DNA of 63,557 bases, filler included, from Pirum gemmata (GCA_002812295.1; 22 parts of 22 records of this genome joined end to end with filler, not necessarily neighbours in it); one strand, 5' to 3'; shown: positions 35,980 to 49,860, counted from the first letter of the whole stretch. Made by a program: numbers and translations. The notes: generated by a model not told the origin, from the letters alone.

Positions 35980-37474
35980 CTATCGTGGAGGTAGAGCTGG
36001 TGGTGGACCGCTTGATTTAACAGGTACAGTGGGTAATTTTCTCAAAGAACTTGGTACTCCTTGGGGTAAAGCTCGCCCTCCAGGCTGTGGCGGTAGAGCT
36101 CTTTGATTTGTGGGAGACGGTAATGGTCGAGTATTTGGTAAAGACGGACTGGGACTGCGCATCGAAGCAGACCTATTCTGAAAGGAACCGGTTGGTGATC
36201 CAGGCAGAACCCGAGGCGAAGTTGGTGAACCTGGTGAACCTGGTGAACCTGGCGAACCGGGTAGCTGGGGCAAGCCCCGCCCAGCTGTGGGTGTTGTGCG
36301 TGGAAGAGGGCGTGTACCTCCAGAAAACGATTGGGGTCGCTGTTGCGGTTGCGACTTTTTTTGTTGCATGGCCTTACGTTCAGATAAGGTCATTGGCTTG
36401 ACTTTTTTAGAAAATGAAGCACGATTGGATGGTTGTAAACTGTTGCTGATGGAAGGAAAAGCGCTAAGAATTTTGGATGTCTGACTAGAAGAATGAGGAA
36501 CTTGAGGCTCTTCGTCCGCCTGACAGTATTCAGAATCTTGCTGTATGGCAGCTTCAGCGTACTCATCACACACGATTGGCTGTTGGGGAGTTGTAGCTGG
36601 TAACTGTCGCTGTGGTTGTGATTGTTGCTGAGAAGCAAAAACGTCTGCGTATTCCAGTTGTGTTTCAGCTTGTGGTGCATACGTCGTTGGGTTTGGCATT
36701 GGACGGGGACCAGATGCAGAATTTCGATTTTGTGCTTTGTTTTTGGCTTGAAACACATCCGCGTATTCCAAACCACCATCATCTGGGGGAGCAACTTGGT
36801 GTCCTGGTGTTGGTAAACCACGTACTTGGGGTGATGAATTATGTCGAACTGGGGGTGATACAGTTCCTCTGTTCCCTATAGGTTTATTTTGGGCACCAGA
36901 AAACACATCTGCATATTCCAATCCTGAATCTAATAGGTAATATACACATTAAAATTATTTACAATTTGTATTTTGTGGTTTTTGGTTTGTGAATTGTGAA
37001 TTATAAATTTGTTTAGTTGTTATGTATATAGATTATTGTGATAATTAATAAGAAATGCAAGGTCATTATTAAAAACTCAAAACCTGTTGATCAAACTTGG
37101 TCATAACTATTATCTACAATCATTATTAGCAAAAAGAAATATCTATCATGATTTATAAACTACATTTTTCAATATTTTTCAATATTGTTTGATGCTATTT
37201 TTTTAATAATATCTGTATTAGGTGCAATAGAGTAAAACAGAGCCAAAAACAAAATTGACAAACATGAACAGCAGTGAACACAATAATACGCTGAGGTCTA
37301 GATGTATCATTTCAAACGAAAAATAAAACAATGTATGTGGGTGGATGGATGGGTGATTTGTAGACAAACCTTCTGCCGGTGCTGGTGCCGGTGGCAATGG
37401 AGATGGTAGTGCTCTCCCTCCCGAAGAACTCCCACTAAAAGTTTGTCTAACAGGTGGAGAAGAAAATGAAGAGC
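35980..37474 (-). CDS. Pro-rich disordered signalling scaffold, C-terminal part; exons 37474-37370 and 36929-35980
   Basis: Phase-1 intron links SSSGGRALPSPLPPAPAPAE to DSGLEYADVF...; three LEYADVF motifs, repeated RxLP motifs, terminal PPALPPR*. Confidence 0.85.
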
Positions 37475-37579
37475 CTACAGCGGTTTGAAAATAAAGTTAG
37501 ATCAACGAGAACACAAACATTACTGACACGACAGAGAATAAAAAAAAACTAATAATAACAATACTAATAATAACAATAC

Positions 37580-37613
<34 letters not shown>

Positions 37614-38012
37614 TCAATAATAATAATAATAATAATAAAAACAATAATAATAATAATAGNACACCATCACCATCACCACTACCCTTACCACCACCACCAC
37701 CACCACGACTACTACTACCACGACTACTACTACTAATATTAATATTAATACTAATAACAATACCAATATTATTACTAGTATTAATACTTACTAATACTAT
37801 TACTGATACTATTATTAATACTCTTACTATTACTAATACTAACAACAAAAACAATAATAACAACAAGAAAAATAACAAGCACAACAAGAACAAGAACAAG
37901 AACAAGAACAAGAACAAGAACAAGAACAAGAACAACAATAACAACAACACCACCAACAGCACCACCAACAGCACCACCAACAATAACAACAATCGATTTT
38001 AATAAAATTTAG

Positions 38013-38129
38013 GACAGCTACGATATCAACGGTTAGTAGTATAACTCCAACCGAACGAAGACGTGTTGAAACAACCGATTCACCAACGAAAAAACGGCCA
38101 CACTCCATTAGTTTTATGGATCCAGAAAG
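38013..38129 (+). CDS. Isolated internal exon of an unknown gene
   Basis: TTAG|...|GTAG bounded, 117 nt, open frame TATISTVSSITPTERRRVETTDSPTKKRPHSISFMDPE. Confidence 0.45.
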
Positions 38130-38308
38130 GTAGTTTTTTCTATTATTACTATTATTATAACTGCTATAACTATGACCACCATACATACAACCCCCAATCC
38201 CCNNNNNNNNNNNNNNNNNNNNNNNNNNNNNNNNNNNNNNNNNNNNTTAATTAATTAANNNNNNNNNNNNNNNNNNNNNNNNNNNNNNNNNNNNNNNNNN
38301 NNTAATAC

Positions 38309-39730
38309 CTGCACTTTAACATACTCGCCTTCTTTAGCATGATAAATATCAGTATCCTTATTAAAAATACCGTCATTACCCCCAACACAACCCCCAGCTG
38401 ACTGTGCTTGGCGTCTTCTTCTAAAAGGGTCAGTGGGTAATGCCCCATTCCCTTTATTATTATTATTATTATATTAGTAAGGATTAGTATTTGAAGCAAG
38501 TCGTAACTGTAGTAATAACCGTAACCTTTCAACACTAATTCTATCATTAAAACCCTAATGCTTAATTAATCATTACAATCCTACTTCATTCTAACCCTAA
38601 CCCTAACCCTTACCCTAACCCTAACACCTTCAACCCCCTAATTTTGACAATTTAGTTTCATCCAAAATTAGAATCAAGTTTGTGATGGAGTGTATTAAGT
38701 GTTTTAGTGTGTGAGTAATAAATGAATTCAAGAAGTTTTGTTTTGTTGATGATATCATAATATATAACTACTTACATCCCAAAGAAATTTTTCATCTGTT
38801 GGGTCGGATATAATACGAAACAAGTGTTGCTGTTGAGAATTGATTTCCATCCAATGATCATTCATCAGAAGACTCCAATCATTTTGATTCATATATAGAA
38901 CTTCATAGCTAAATATAATAAAGATAAATTAAAAAAAGTTAATTGACACGCCACACACGCAGGATTTGTAATGATGATTGTTGATAACAATAGTACAACG
39001 TATAATGTATATACATATACTTACTCAGAATGTGGCAAGAACTTTCTAGTATCTTCTAACGAGCCGATAACTGCAACTCTACCAGCAGGAGCTGGTCGAG
39101 GGTAAACAACGCCATTATCACGAACTTGAACATTGTAAGTACGTCCGTCTTCGTCCACAAATGGGTTGTATGGTGCACCTAATTGATATGGTTATTGTTA
39201 TTGTTAGAGTTATGGCTAAAAATGATTATTGTAGTTACTTTTACTTGGATACTTGTTTATTTATGGTAATGGTTATGGTACTGTTATGGTTATGGCTATG
39301 GTTATGGTTATGGTTATGGTTATGGTTATGGTTATGGTTATGGTTGTGGTTGTGGTTGTGGTTGTGGTTATGGTTGTGGTTATGGTTATAGTTNNNNNNN
39401 NNNNNNNNNNNNNNNNNNNNNNNNNNNNNNNNNNNNNNNNNNNNTTATGGTTATGGTTATGGTTATGTTTATGTTTATGTTTATGTTTATGTTTATGGTT
39501 ATGGTTATGGTTATGGTTATGGTTATGGTTATGATTATGGTTATGGTTATGGTTGTGAAAATTATTGTGATATGAATGGACATGGTAATAGCCTTACCAT
39601 TCTTGTCTTTCCAAAAACCCGAGGCTAACACAGCTTTAGCATCTTGTGAGTTAAAAACTGCAAGCACGCTTACATTAACACTGCACAGAATTGAGCAGAT
39701 TATTAATATTAAATATTTTAAAAAACACAT
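38309..39730 (-). CDS. Secreted protein, 3'-truncated; exons 39730-39598, 39178-39025, 38908-38776, ~38451-38309
   Basis: Signal peptide MCFLKYLILIICSILCSVNVSVLA; first three exons splice in phase to ...RVAVIGSLEDTRKFLPHSDYEVLYMNQNDWSLLMNDHWMEINSQQQHLFRIISDPTDEKFLWD; a later exon encodes NGALPTDPFRRRRQAQSAGGCVGG...; the link to it needs a small intervening exon. Confidence 0.78.
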
Positions 39731-40379
39731 CTATTATTATTATTATTATTATTACTTAATAGTAAATATTTCAAAAAAAAACAAATCTATTATTATCGTT
39801 GTTATTGTGTTAATTTTTTTTAAAATTTTTTGATTTTTTTATTATTATTTTATCAGTTATTTTATTTATATATTACCCTGTAAATGATTACCCTGTCTAA
39901 GAGATACATATTTATTGACCTCTATTTATTTATTATTATTTTTTTTTTTGTGTCTAGAGTCTAGACTATATTATCTATATACCCACTCTGAAAGGGTAAC
40001 CACTCATACAATATCTAACAGAGTGAAATGTGAAAACTGATGCTGGTTTGTACTTGGTAGTAGTAGTAGTCAAGCTAGTAACTTGGCCTAACTTGGTAAT
40101 TGGACTATAATTGGTATCGTTGTGGCCTGGTTGTGGTTACAATGTAGACCAGTTAGAGTCTGTTAGACTGTTGATAAGGAGGACAATTCTGGTATTTAAC
40201 AAATTACTAACGGTATTCTTGCTTCTTGTAGTTCCTAATGGGAAAATTTTTTTAAAAAAAGCAGCCAATAACCAAAGTATTATCATAGAAAAATAGCAAT
40301 AATTCCAATTATCAGCAGCAGCAGCAGCAGCAGCACCATCACCATCGTTAGCATTAGCATCAGCATCATCGTCATCCTN

Positions 40380-40417
<38 letters not shown>

Positions 40418-41024
40418 GGGGGTAAGGTATTCTATTGGCCTAGAATTTTCGTAGAAAAAGGGTTAGGACAAATTACTAACGGTATTCTTGCTTCTTGTAG
40501 TTCCTAATGGGAAATTTTTTTTAAAAAAAGCAGCCAATAACCAAAGTATTATCATAGAAAAATAACAATATTTTTTACAATAATACTATGATAATGCATA
40601 AAAAAATATTTTTTTTAGACTTTTTTTTTTTTTTTGGTGTTTTATTTTGCTTTAATATAACGCTTATTATTTACCAAAAAAAAAAAATTACTATACTTGT
40701 TACTATACTTGGTAACTATTTTTTAATGCAGACCAGTGCAGACCATTAGATATTTTTTTCTACGAAAATTCTAGCTAGGCCAACAAAATAACTTACCCCC
40801 ATTTTTTTTGGGAGCGTTCAATAATTACATAACGCGGGGGTTTAACGAGGACAATTTTTATATCCGGTAACTATTTTTTTTTTTTAAGGCTCCTTTATTT
40901 TTTTTTCCGATAACTATTTTTTTTNNNNNNNNNNNNNNNNNNNNNNNNNNNNNNNNNNNNNNNNNNNNTTAATTAATTAANNNNNNNNNNNNNNNNNNNN
41001 NNNNNNNNNNNNNNNNNNNNNNNN

Positions 41025-41287
41025 GAAGTTTTTAATTTTTAGAAATAGTAAAATTGATAGTAAGACAAAGTTAATTATCTGGAATAATATTATTAAGCCT
41101 ATAATTATTTATAGTTGTGAAATTTGGTGGTGTGATGCGGTACAACTTAAAAAAAGCTAGAGAGTTTACAAATATGTGTGATGAAATGGATATTGGGTTG
41201 TAGTGATACAACTTCAAGTTCTTATGTTCGCAGTGAGTTGGGTATAGAAAAGTTGGAATAACAATTGATAAAATTAGGACTCGTATG

Positions 41288-41334
<47 letters not shown>

Positions 41335-41377
41335 GGGTATTTTGTATTCTAAAGATCCATTTATGTATGTTTGTTAC

Positions 41378-41409
<32 letters not shown>

Positions 41410-43645
41410 GGGTTAGGGTTAGGGTTAGGTTCTAAACTTATAAGTGATAAATTTAATGATCGTACAATGTGGATTAAGCTTGCTAATGGCAATGGTGGTA
41501 AAAATGTATGTTTGTGCTCTGTGTGTATGGATGTTGCAAATAGTAGTGCTATAGTTCGAGATAATACACTTTCTGAGATTAGTAAAATGAAATTTAAACA
41601 AACACTGGAGTTTTTGGGTGAGATTTGGATCTTGGGTGATTTTAATGCTAGAGTTGGAATTGGTGAAACTTACACTGGTGATGTTATTAGTGAATTTGGT
41701 GAATCTACTATTAATTCAAATGGTTATAAACTTATTGGTTGGTTAACTCAAAACAGTTTGAAAATTTAAAACGGTATAACAAAAAATAACAAATTTCAAG
41801 AGAACATCTTGTATACCTTTTGTTCCCAGACTGGTAGTAGTATATTATAATTGATTATGGTTTAAACCTTAATTAATTATGAACTCATTAGTTGGAGATG
41901 AAGTTGTGACGTTATCGAAAGTAATTATAAGATAGTTTATGCTCCCATTAAAATCGCTTTTAAATATAAAAGGGTTCCTTGTAAACTTATTCGAAAATGG
42001 AATATTAAGGTTGATAATCCTGAAATTATTGATAAGAGTACAAAAGGATTTAGATTCACGTTTTTGTCAAATGGATAGCTGTAAATTTGTCATTGGTGAT
42101 GTATTATATATTGTGAGTGGTTGAAACAGTTCCATAATTTTGATAATACGGTGCCAGAAGTAGATAATGATGATATGTATCGTGATGAGAATAATGTTTG
42201 TTTTAATGATTGGTTGTTAGAGTTTAACGATATATGTAATGATGTGGTTGGAAAAACTGGGATAAAATGTTTTGGTTTTCATCGTAAACATTCTTCATAA
42301 GTTAAAGAACTTGACTAGTAGAAGGAATAAATTTTAAAAAGGGGCCTTGGTTAGAAACAATGAGTCGGATTGGCATACAAATTGAATGTCAAGATTAAAC
42401 AACAAAGTTATAAAGATAATCAAAATTCGTATCAAGAATACTTGGGCCAAAAAGGTTTTATACTTTAATTAAATTGTTATTATAACTAATTGTCGTAATA
42501 ATGATGCTGATTTGGGTGTGAGAATATCTAGTGGTGAAATTGTTAATGATAAAAAGACGAAGAAAAAACCTTGAAGAGATCATTATGCTAAATTAAGTAA
42601 TGAAAATAATGACGATAGCTTTTGTTCTGAGTTTAAGAATGAGTTTGAAAATATTCTGTGCAGGCACGATATACTTAGTGGGGTTAACGTTGTTGATGTT
42701 GTTTTTACTATAGAGGAAGTAAATGCATTTCTAATTTAAAAGTCATAAAGCTGGTGGTGCTGATCGATGAGTTGACAAATGATTTGCTTAAACTGTATAA
42801 TACTGTAAATGGTGAAATACTGTTTGGAAAAGTTATCAATTGCTTTTGGGTTAATGAACATCCTTAGTGATGAGTTAAAAATTGGTAGAATACTTAATAT
42901 TTTAAATATCGTGATAAATTTGATTGTAATAATTTTAGGGGTATAACTTTACTTATGTAGAAATTATTGAGTTGTTTAAATGAAAAGCAATTAACCAAAT
43001 TTCTGGATACTTACTATTAACAGTGAACAAGGGGGATTTAGTAGTGGCAAAGGCTGTGTGGATTCACTTGTTTGTTTTAAATAAGATTAGTGAGAACAAT
43101 TTAGCTAATGGTATTCCTACTTATTTAGCTTTTATTGACGTGAAAAAAGCCTTTGATAGAGTGCGGGGAGAAGGTTTATTATGGGTTAAACTATTTGAAT
43201 ACGGTATTAAAGGCAGAATATGGTGTGGTGTGTTATTAGGCAGATGTATAAAAATAGTCATAGTACAGTTTTAGTTGATGGTGAAGACTGTAATCTGTTT
43301 GATATAATAATTGGTGTGAGGCAGGGTGGATGTCTTATCTCCTACTTTATTTAAATTTTTTATTAATAGTTTAATTGATGATATCAATAGTTTAAACTTA
43401 GATTTATCTGAGGATGAATTATGTTCTGTTATTCGATGTTTGTTATACGTGGATGATATAGCCTTAGTTGCTGTTAATAATAGTGATTTGGATAAACTCA
43501 TTAATTGTTTAATTTTATTTTGTAAAAAATAGAGACTTGAAATTAATTTCAAAAAGAGTGGTATTATGATAGTTGTTCAAAAAGATGGGGTTAGAAATGA
43601 TTTAATTCAGCAATATACTGACAATTTTCCGGAAAATAATCTGCC
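41025..43645 (+). pseudogene. Degenerate LINE (non-LTR retrotransposon) ORF2: APE endonuclease plus RT
   Basis: ILGDFNARVG and INSNG..L (APE); NNFRGITL, AFIDVKKAFDRV, GVRQG..LSPTLF..FIN, LLYVDDIAL (RT); many stops and frameshifts. Confidence 0.92.
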
Positions 43646-44007
43646 NNNNNNNNNNNNNNNNNNNNNNNNNNNNNNNNNNNNNNNNNNNNTTAATTAATTA
43701 ANNNNNNNNNNNNNNNNNNNNNNNNNNNNNNNNNNNNNNNNNNNNAAAATAACCGAATATTTGCTATAATTATATATATTAATAATATAATAATATAATA
43801 TATTAATTGATATAATATTAATATATAATACGATATTAATATCGATATAATTATAATATACTGTGACTTTACCATGCCCATGATGATAATATTTGCGAAC
43901 TGTCTCCCAGCATCAGCAAGGTGATTCAGGTGATTTAGTATTATATAGAACCAGTTTCCTGATTCAGTACTGGTTTAGCCTTTTGTTTTTGTAATAATTA
44001 TAATTAA

Positions 44008-44158
44008 GGGAGCATTCCATTTCAAATACTACTTAACTCCAATTTCCGGTCAAATACAGCTTCAAATACCCCTACCTACCTTCCCCTCGACGTTGATTTC
44101 CGGTCAAATACCACCTACCTACCTACCCCTTGACGTGACGTATTATTTGAATTCTCCC
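44008..44158 (+). mobile_element. PIF/Harbinger MITE family C (~140-150 bp, GGTA-repeat core)
   Basis: GGGAGC...TTTGAATTCTCCC ends with TAA TSD; copies near 4853-4985, 8634-8750, 9636-9760, 18440-18540, 18862-18982, 19086-19183, 57933-58062; TIR related to the 18039 element. Confidence 0.82.
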
Positions 44159-47100
44159 TAAGTTTACAACAGAGTTTACAACAGTTAGGAACCATCCATA
44201 TAAAGGGCGTCACCTAATCTTACCTATGCCTCTTTGCCCAAAACACTTTTAGTCATAATTTTAAAGCTCATTTTAATAATTAATTACTGTTTAAAATAGT
44301 TTAAGTCATACTTTCGAGCAATGACTTTTATCAAAGAATAAGTGATGTCGTTTATGAATGTTCCCATCTTTACTTTATATATATGACTTTTATTTTTTTT
44401 TGGAAGTCTGATAACTCTGATTTATTATATTATATAAATAAATAATCGAAACTATCTATTTTTATTGATTTATTGGGCGCCAACCAAAATTGAGAGTTCG
44501 CGCACATTGTGAATTTGTGAACTCGATGCAATTTGTAGAGATTTAGTCTAGACTATTTATAAATAATAATAATAATAAAAAAATAATAATAAAAAAAAAT
44601 AATAATAAAAAAAAAATAAAAAAAAAATAAAAAAATAATAATAAAAAAAGGTTTCTTTATTTGATTTAGGGTGATATCGCTAAACTTCTTTCCTAGATTT
44701 CCCTTTTAATGGCTTATATTACAATCTGAAAGCTTAGAATTTCATCTGATAGGTCAGGTCTATGTTTATTATTATTATTATCATAATATTATGACACTAT
44801 GAACCTAATCTTACCTATGCCTCTTTGTCCAAAACACTTTTGGTCATAATTTTAAAGTTAATTTTAATAATTAATTACTGCCTAAAACAGTTTAAGTCAC
44901 ACTTNNNNNNNNNNNNNNNNNNNNNNNNNNNNNNNNNNNNNNNNNNNNNNNNNNNNNNNNNNNNNNNNNNNNNNNNNNNNNNNNNNNNNNNNNNNNNNNN
45001 NNNNNNNNNNNNNNNNNNNNNNACCAAAAAAAAAAAAAAAAAACATTATTACGTTTTTTGCACCTCTTAACTTTATTATGGTTAATCAATCGGGCATGTT
45101 TTAATTAATTTGGTATTTTTTAATAAATATTATTTTTTATAAATAAGTTCAATTTACACTTAAACGGTACCAAATTAAATATTGAGGCCCACCCTCTACC
45201 GGTACGTCACTTTTACTATTTTACGTCATAGTCTACTATTTCGAAGTTCGAACGACTAAACGACCAAACACTGACCAAATATCGCTAAGGTTCGAAAAAT
45301 AATATATTAATGTTGAAATTCAAATATAATAAAAAAATATATTCGAAAGATAATTAATTGGTTTAGTTTTCAAAACAGTAAAAAAAAAAAATAAGTAAAT
45401 AAAAAAAATTCGTGAAATATTCGAGCCGATCTGTTTTTTGCCAATGAGCAAAATTATTTTCTTCGCTTTTCCTTTTCATTTATTTTGTCACTCTAAAATT
45501 TATTTGGAGGGTTATAATATTTAAATTGACACTTTTAAATAAATATATAAATAATAAAACATACCAAATTAAATAAAATGGAATTATATTTTATCAATTT
45601 GGTACCATTTATTGTATATTTATGAAAAAAACATAATTTAGTTTTAGATCATAAATTACATAATCATTTAGACCCCTTTCACTTATGGGGAGTCATGGTT
45701 TAATCACCACACTTTATACCGTTAAGAAGTGGGTTTGTTCCCCCCCAAAAACGGTTATGTAATTTTTGCGAAAAAAATAAACTCGAGTTTCAAGTTTTGA
45801 AATATTCGAATTCTCCATAACCAATCAGAAGACTATTCACGAACGCATGGTTGAAGATGGAAAATGATTGGTGGAATGTGTAACTGTTACTGCTACTGTT
45901 TTTGTAATAGTCGTAAGAATTGTACCCTTTTTAACAATTAATTTGGTATGTTGAAAATTGTAATTGTACTTTATATGAAAATATTTAATAGTAAAAAAGT
46001 ATCAAAATGGTAATTTACGTCTGTATAAAAACTAATTGCGTAGTTTTGTTTATTTTAGGGGTAAAATTTTTTAATGTTGAAAAAAAAAAAAAAAAAAAAA
46101 AAAAATGAAAAGGAGAATGGATTAGTTGGAACTTCTTTAGATAGTCTATCATATTTCATATCAGATATATATAAAGAAAAAAAAGAAGGAAAAAGCAAAA
46201 GGTGAAAGAATGAAAGTAGATTATTATTATTACAGTTATTACAATAAATAAATTATTTAGAAAAAAAAATTAAAATAAAGTAGAGAAGAGAATGATAATG
46301 ATAGTAGTTAAAGCAAAAGCACAGTTTAAATGAATTTCAGTAAAAGCAATAATAATAATAATAATNNNNNNNNNNNNNNNNNNNNNNNNNNNNNNNNNNN
46401 NNNNNNNNNTTAATTAATTAANNNNNNNNNNNNNNNNNNNNNNNNNNNNNNNNNNNNNNNNNNNNGAATTTGCGAAGTAAAAACAATAAGAACAAAGTCA
46501 TAATATTAATAATAATGATAGCAAGAATACAGTAAAAGCATGGTAATTAATATATATATAATATATTGTTATTATATTATTTTATTATTATACTAATAAT
46601 ATAATAATAATAGTAATATTAATAACAATAAAGATGATAATGATAATGATATCGATAATAATAGTAAAACCGTGACAGTAATTAATTATCCAAAACTTGA
46701 CATTAGAGATATGACAATACCATATTTTAGTATTTAATAAATATGCACAAAATCTAACCAGCAAAGAAAGACTGCGAATTTTCTCATCATGAAAAATATG
46801 TGGGAGAATTTGCGAAGTAAAAACAATAAGAACAAAGTCATAATATTAATAATAATGATAGCAAGAATACTATAGCTAATACTAACACCAATACCAATAC
46901 TAATGCTATAGCTAATACTAATCCTAATACTAATCCTAATACTAATCCTAATACTAACCCTACAGATATTAATACCAATTCTATTACTGATAAACAAAAT
47001 AACAATAACAATAACAATATTAATAACAATAACAATAACTATAACAATAACAATAACAATAACAATAACAATAACACTAACAATAACAATAACACTTTTA

Positions 47101-47459
47101 AATATGGACCTGATTATATATAAGAATGGTCGAAAACTTTCTTGTCTTTACTTTGAATTAGTTCAAAACCAATGGAGCTGAAAAAACGAAAGCAAATCCT
47201 ACGAGTGATAAGACGGGTAAAAGGCGCAAACCTGATGTTCTGCAACCTGATGTTCTGCAAATGTTGCTACTGGTAACTAATACTATTTGCGGTGAACGTG
47301 TGGGGCATTACCTTTGGAAAACATGTAAAAAATCTGTTCATAATTCAGTCAATTCTAAAGATTGTTCGATTATGCATCTATTCTGTACTTCATGCCATAA
47401 AACTTGGGAGTTTGAAATTAAATTTTGGTGGAAACAAATTGGTGATTATCGTGATGAAT

Positions 47460-48738
47460 AGTAAATAGGCTAGTGTAAGTCCTATGTGTGTAAGGCTAGT
47501 GTAAGTCCTTTGTGTGTCTGATATTGTGTGCGCGTGATATCAATTGTTTGTGTGTTACTGTGTGGTAACAAGTCTGTAAGTTTGTAGAGGCATTTGTTGT
47601 TTTAGTTTAAAATAAAAAATATATTGTCTGTTCATTTTAATATTAATCAAAGAGTAAAATCCAAATCGTTATCAGGTTGATTAGGATGGGCGGATTTTCG
47701 GAATATGGGATCCGTATGGACGAGGAAAACTTTAAATCTACGTTCTGGAACAGGTCTTAGCGATTCCTGAAGATAAGGGTTGTGAAGATGTATTCACGAG
47801 TGATACTGAAGAGTATAAACAAGTCGATGCGGCTAAAAAGGCCAAGATGTTGCAAATGTTGAAGTTATCGATGAATGCAAACACAATGACAATTGTGCTA
47901 AACTTGTCGGCCAGAGAGCGTTATAATGCACTGTTGGAAAAGTATAAGTAGTGAAAAAGTTAAGGGGAGTGCATGTTATGATGTGAGTTGATGCGTGTAT
48001 AAAGAATAAGGGGAGATTCAGAGTGTATTCTTTAATTCTATTGGTTGTAGACTTCCTTTTTAGTAGGTAGACCTGGTAGGACTGGCAGGGTGCAGACTTT
48101 TGTTTTTTAGTTGTTTAGGGCAAATGTTCTGACTTCTGAACCAGATGATTAGGTTATTGCTGTGACCATGTTTGGTAATAATGTGGTAGGTGGTCATTAT
48201 CCTGTTTGATAGTGGGTAATGATAGCTGTAATGATATAAGTCTTATTTAGTTATGATAAGCTGTTTTGTGTTAATATATATCGTTTTTAAGTATATATTA
48301 GTTGAATATTAATAATTGTTTTATGATAGTAATAGTTGTTTGTTAAAAAGTATAAATACAGGGAAGATTTGAATGAAAAATCATGTATATATATGTAGGT
48401 GAAAAATGTAAAAAGTCTATTTTGTGTAAAAATAATGTGTTCGTGTATGTGTGTAGTCTGTGTATGACTAGTGTGAAATAGTGTGTGCTATTGTGTTTAA
48501 TACTGAGTGGTATTAATATTAGTATTTGGTTTTGATACTGTGCGCGGTGTCAAGTTGTAAATAGGCTAGTGTAAGTCCTATGTGTGTAAGGCTAGTGTAA
48601 GTCCTTTGTGTGTTCGATATTGTGTGCGCGTGATATCAATTGTTTGTGTGTTACTGTGCGGTAACAAGTCTGTAAATTTGTAGAGGCATTTGTTGTTTTA
48701 GTGTAAAACTGTTCATTTTAATCAAAGAATATAATACA
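47460..48738 (+). mobile_element. Small non-autonomous copia-like LTR element (LTRs 47460-47663 and 48556-48738)
   Basis: Two ~190-bp direct repeats, second begins TG and both end CA; internal decayed gag-like frame (DKGCEDVF...KKAKMLQMLKLSM..V.NLSARERYNALLEKY); no TSD visible. Confidence 0.75.
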
Positions 48739-49636
48739 AATGTTTATAAAATAAAACATTAAAAATAAAAAACAACAAAATGACTAAAACATGTCTGATA
48801 ATTTAACCATAATAATAATTTGGTACATTTATTTCAGTTTTTGAACTGGACAACAATATTGAAAACCCTTTTTTTTTTATTTATTTATTAATGGGGGTAT
48901 TAAAACAGGTACGATAGAAACTGTATCATACAGTCTTATTTAAAAAATATTCCTTTTTTTTTTTTTTTTTAGCAGCTTTTAATAAAAACGTCACATAATA
49001 GACTAGACTAACACAAATGTGTCCTAAATTATCAAAAAAAATCCCAATAATTTAAGTAAAAACGTCCAAAATATAAGAATATAAANNNNNNNNNNNNNNN
49101 NNNNNNNNNNNNNNNNNNNNNNNNNNNNNTTAATTAATTAANNNNNNNNNNNNNNNNNNNNNNNNNNNNNNNNNNNNNNNNNNNNTATATGATCATATTC
49201 AATACAATTTAATTTGTTTATTCTCAATACCCTAACCCTACCCCTTAATCCTAACCCTAACCCTAACCCTAACCCTAACCCTAACCCTAACCCTAACCCT
49301 AACCCTAATTATTATTTTACCCCATTAAATCTTAATAACAACCAAAACCAAGAAGTCTAAAGTAAGAGGCTAATACGTATGGCGTCACCATAAATAAAAT
49401 TTTGTCAGATACCAATGATTAGCAGGGAAAGCATAATCGAATCAAACTACTCGATCTCTATTAATAAATGGAAAACTATTATTTTTTCGAGTTTCGAATT
49501 TTTCTATATATTTTTTTAGAATTTCCTAAAATCTTCTATAAAAGTTCAAGACTTCGAAAATTTGAAAATTTCGAACTAGTCTCGATTCGATTGTGTTTTC
49601 CCCGCATCCCCCAATGGTAAAGGCGAGGAAAGGCAG

Positions 49637-49860
49637 GGAGATACGGGAAAACACAATCGAATCAAACAGCTCGATCTTAAATTTTAAATAGAGACAATTT
49701 TGAAATGATATTTTTTTTTTCGAGTTTCAAGTTTTTTCTATGAAATTTCTAAGAATTTTTAAGAATTTTTTAATGAAATCAAAAGTGAGTCAATACTTAA
49801 AATCAGATTGAAAATTTTCGAAAATTTCGAACTTGATTCGATGGTTTTTCCCTCATCTCC
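49637..49860 (-). mobile_element. MITE family E (224 bp), CAG target-site duplication
   Basis: CAG|GGAGATACGGGAAAA...TTTTTCCCTCATCTCC|CAG; adjacent degenerate copy at about 49420-49611. Confidence 0.8.

Noticed and set aside
36051..36881. Alternative-frame and antisense ORFs over the Pro-rich exon (also 24245-24508, 27012-27248, 25014-25283)
   Set aside because: Shadow ORFs of better-supported genes.
47261..47461. Cys/His-rich zinc-finger-like ORF
   Set aside because: Short, flanked by broken frames and probably a transposon relic; cannot assign a family.
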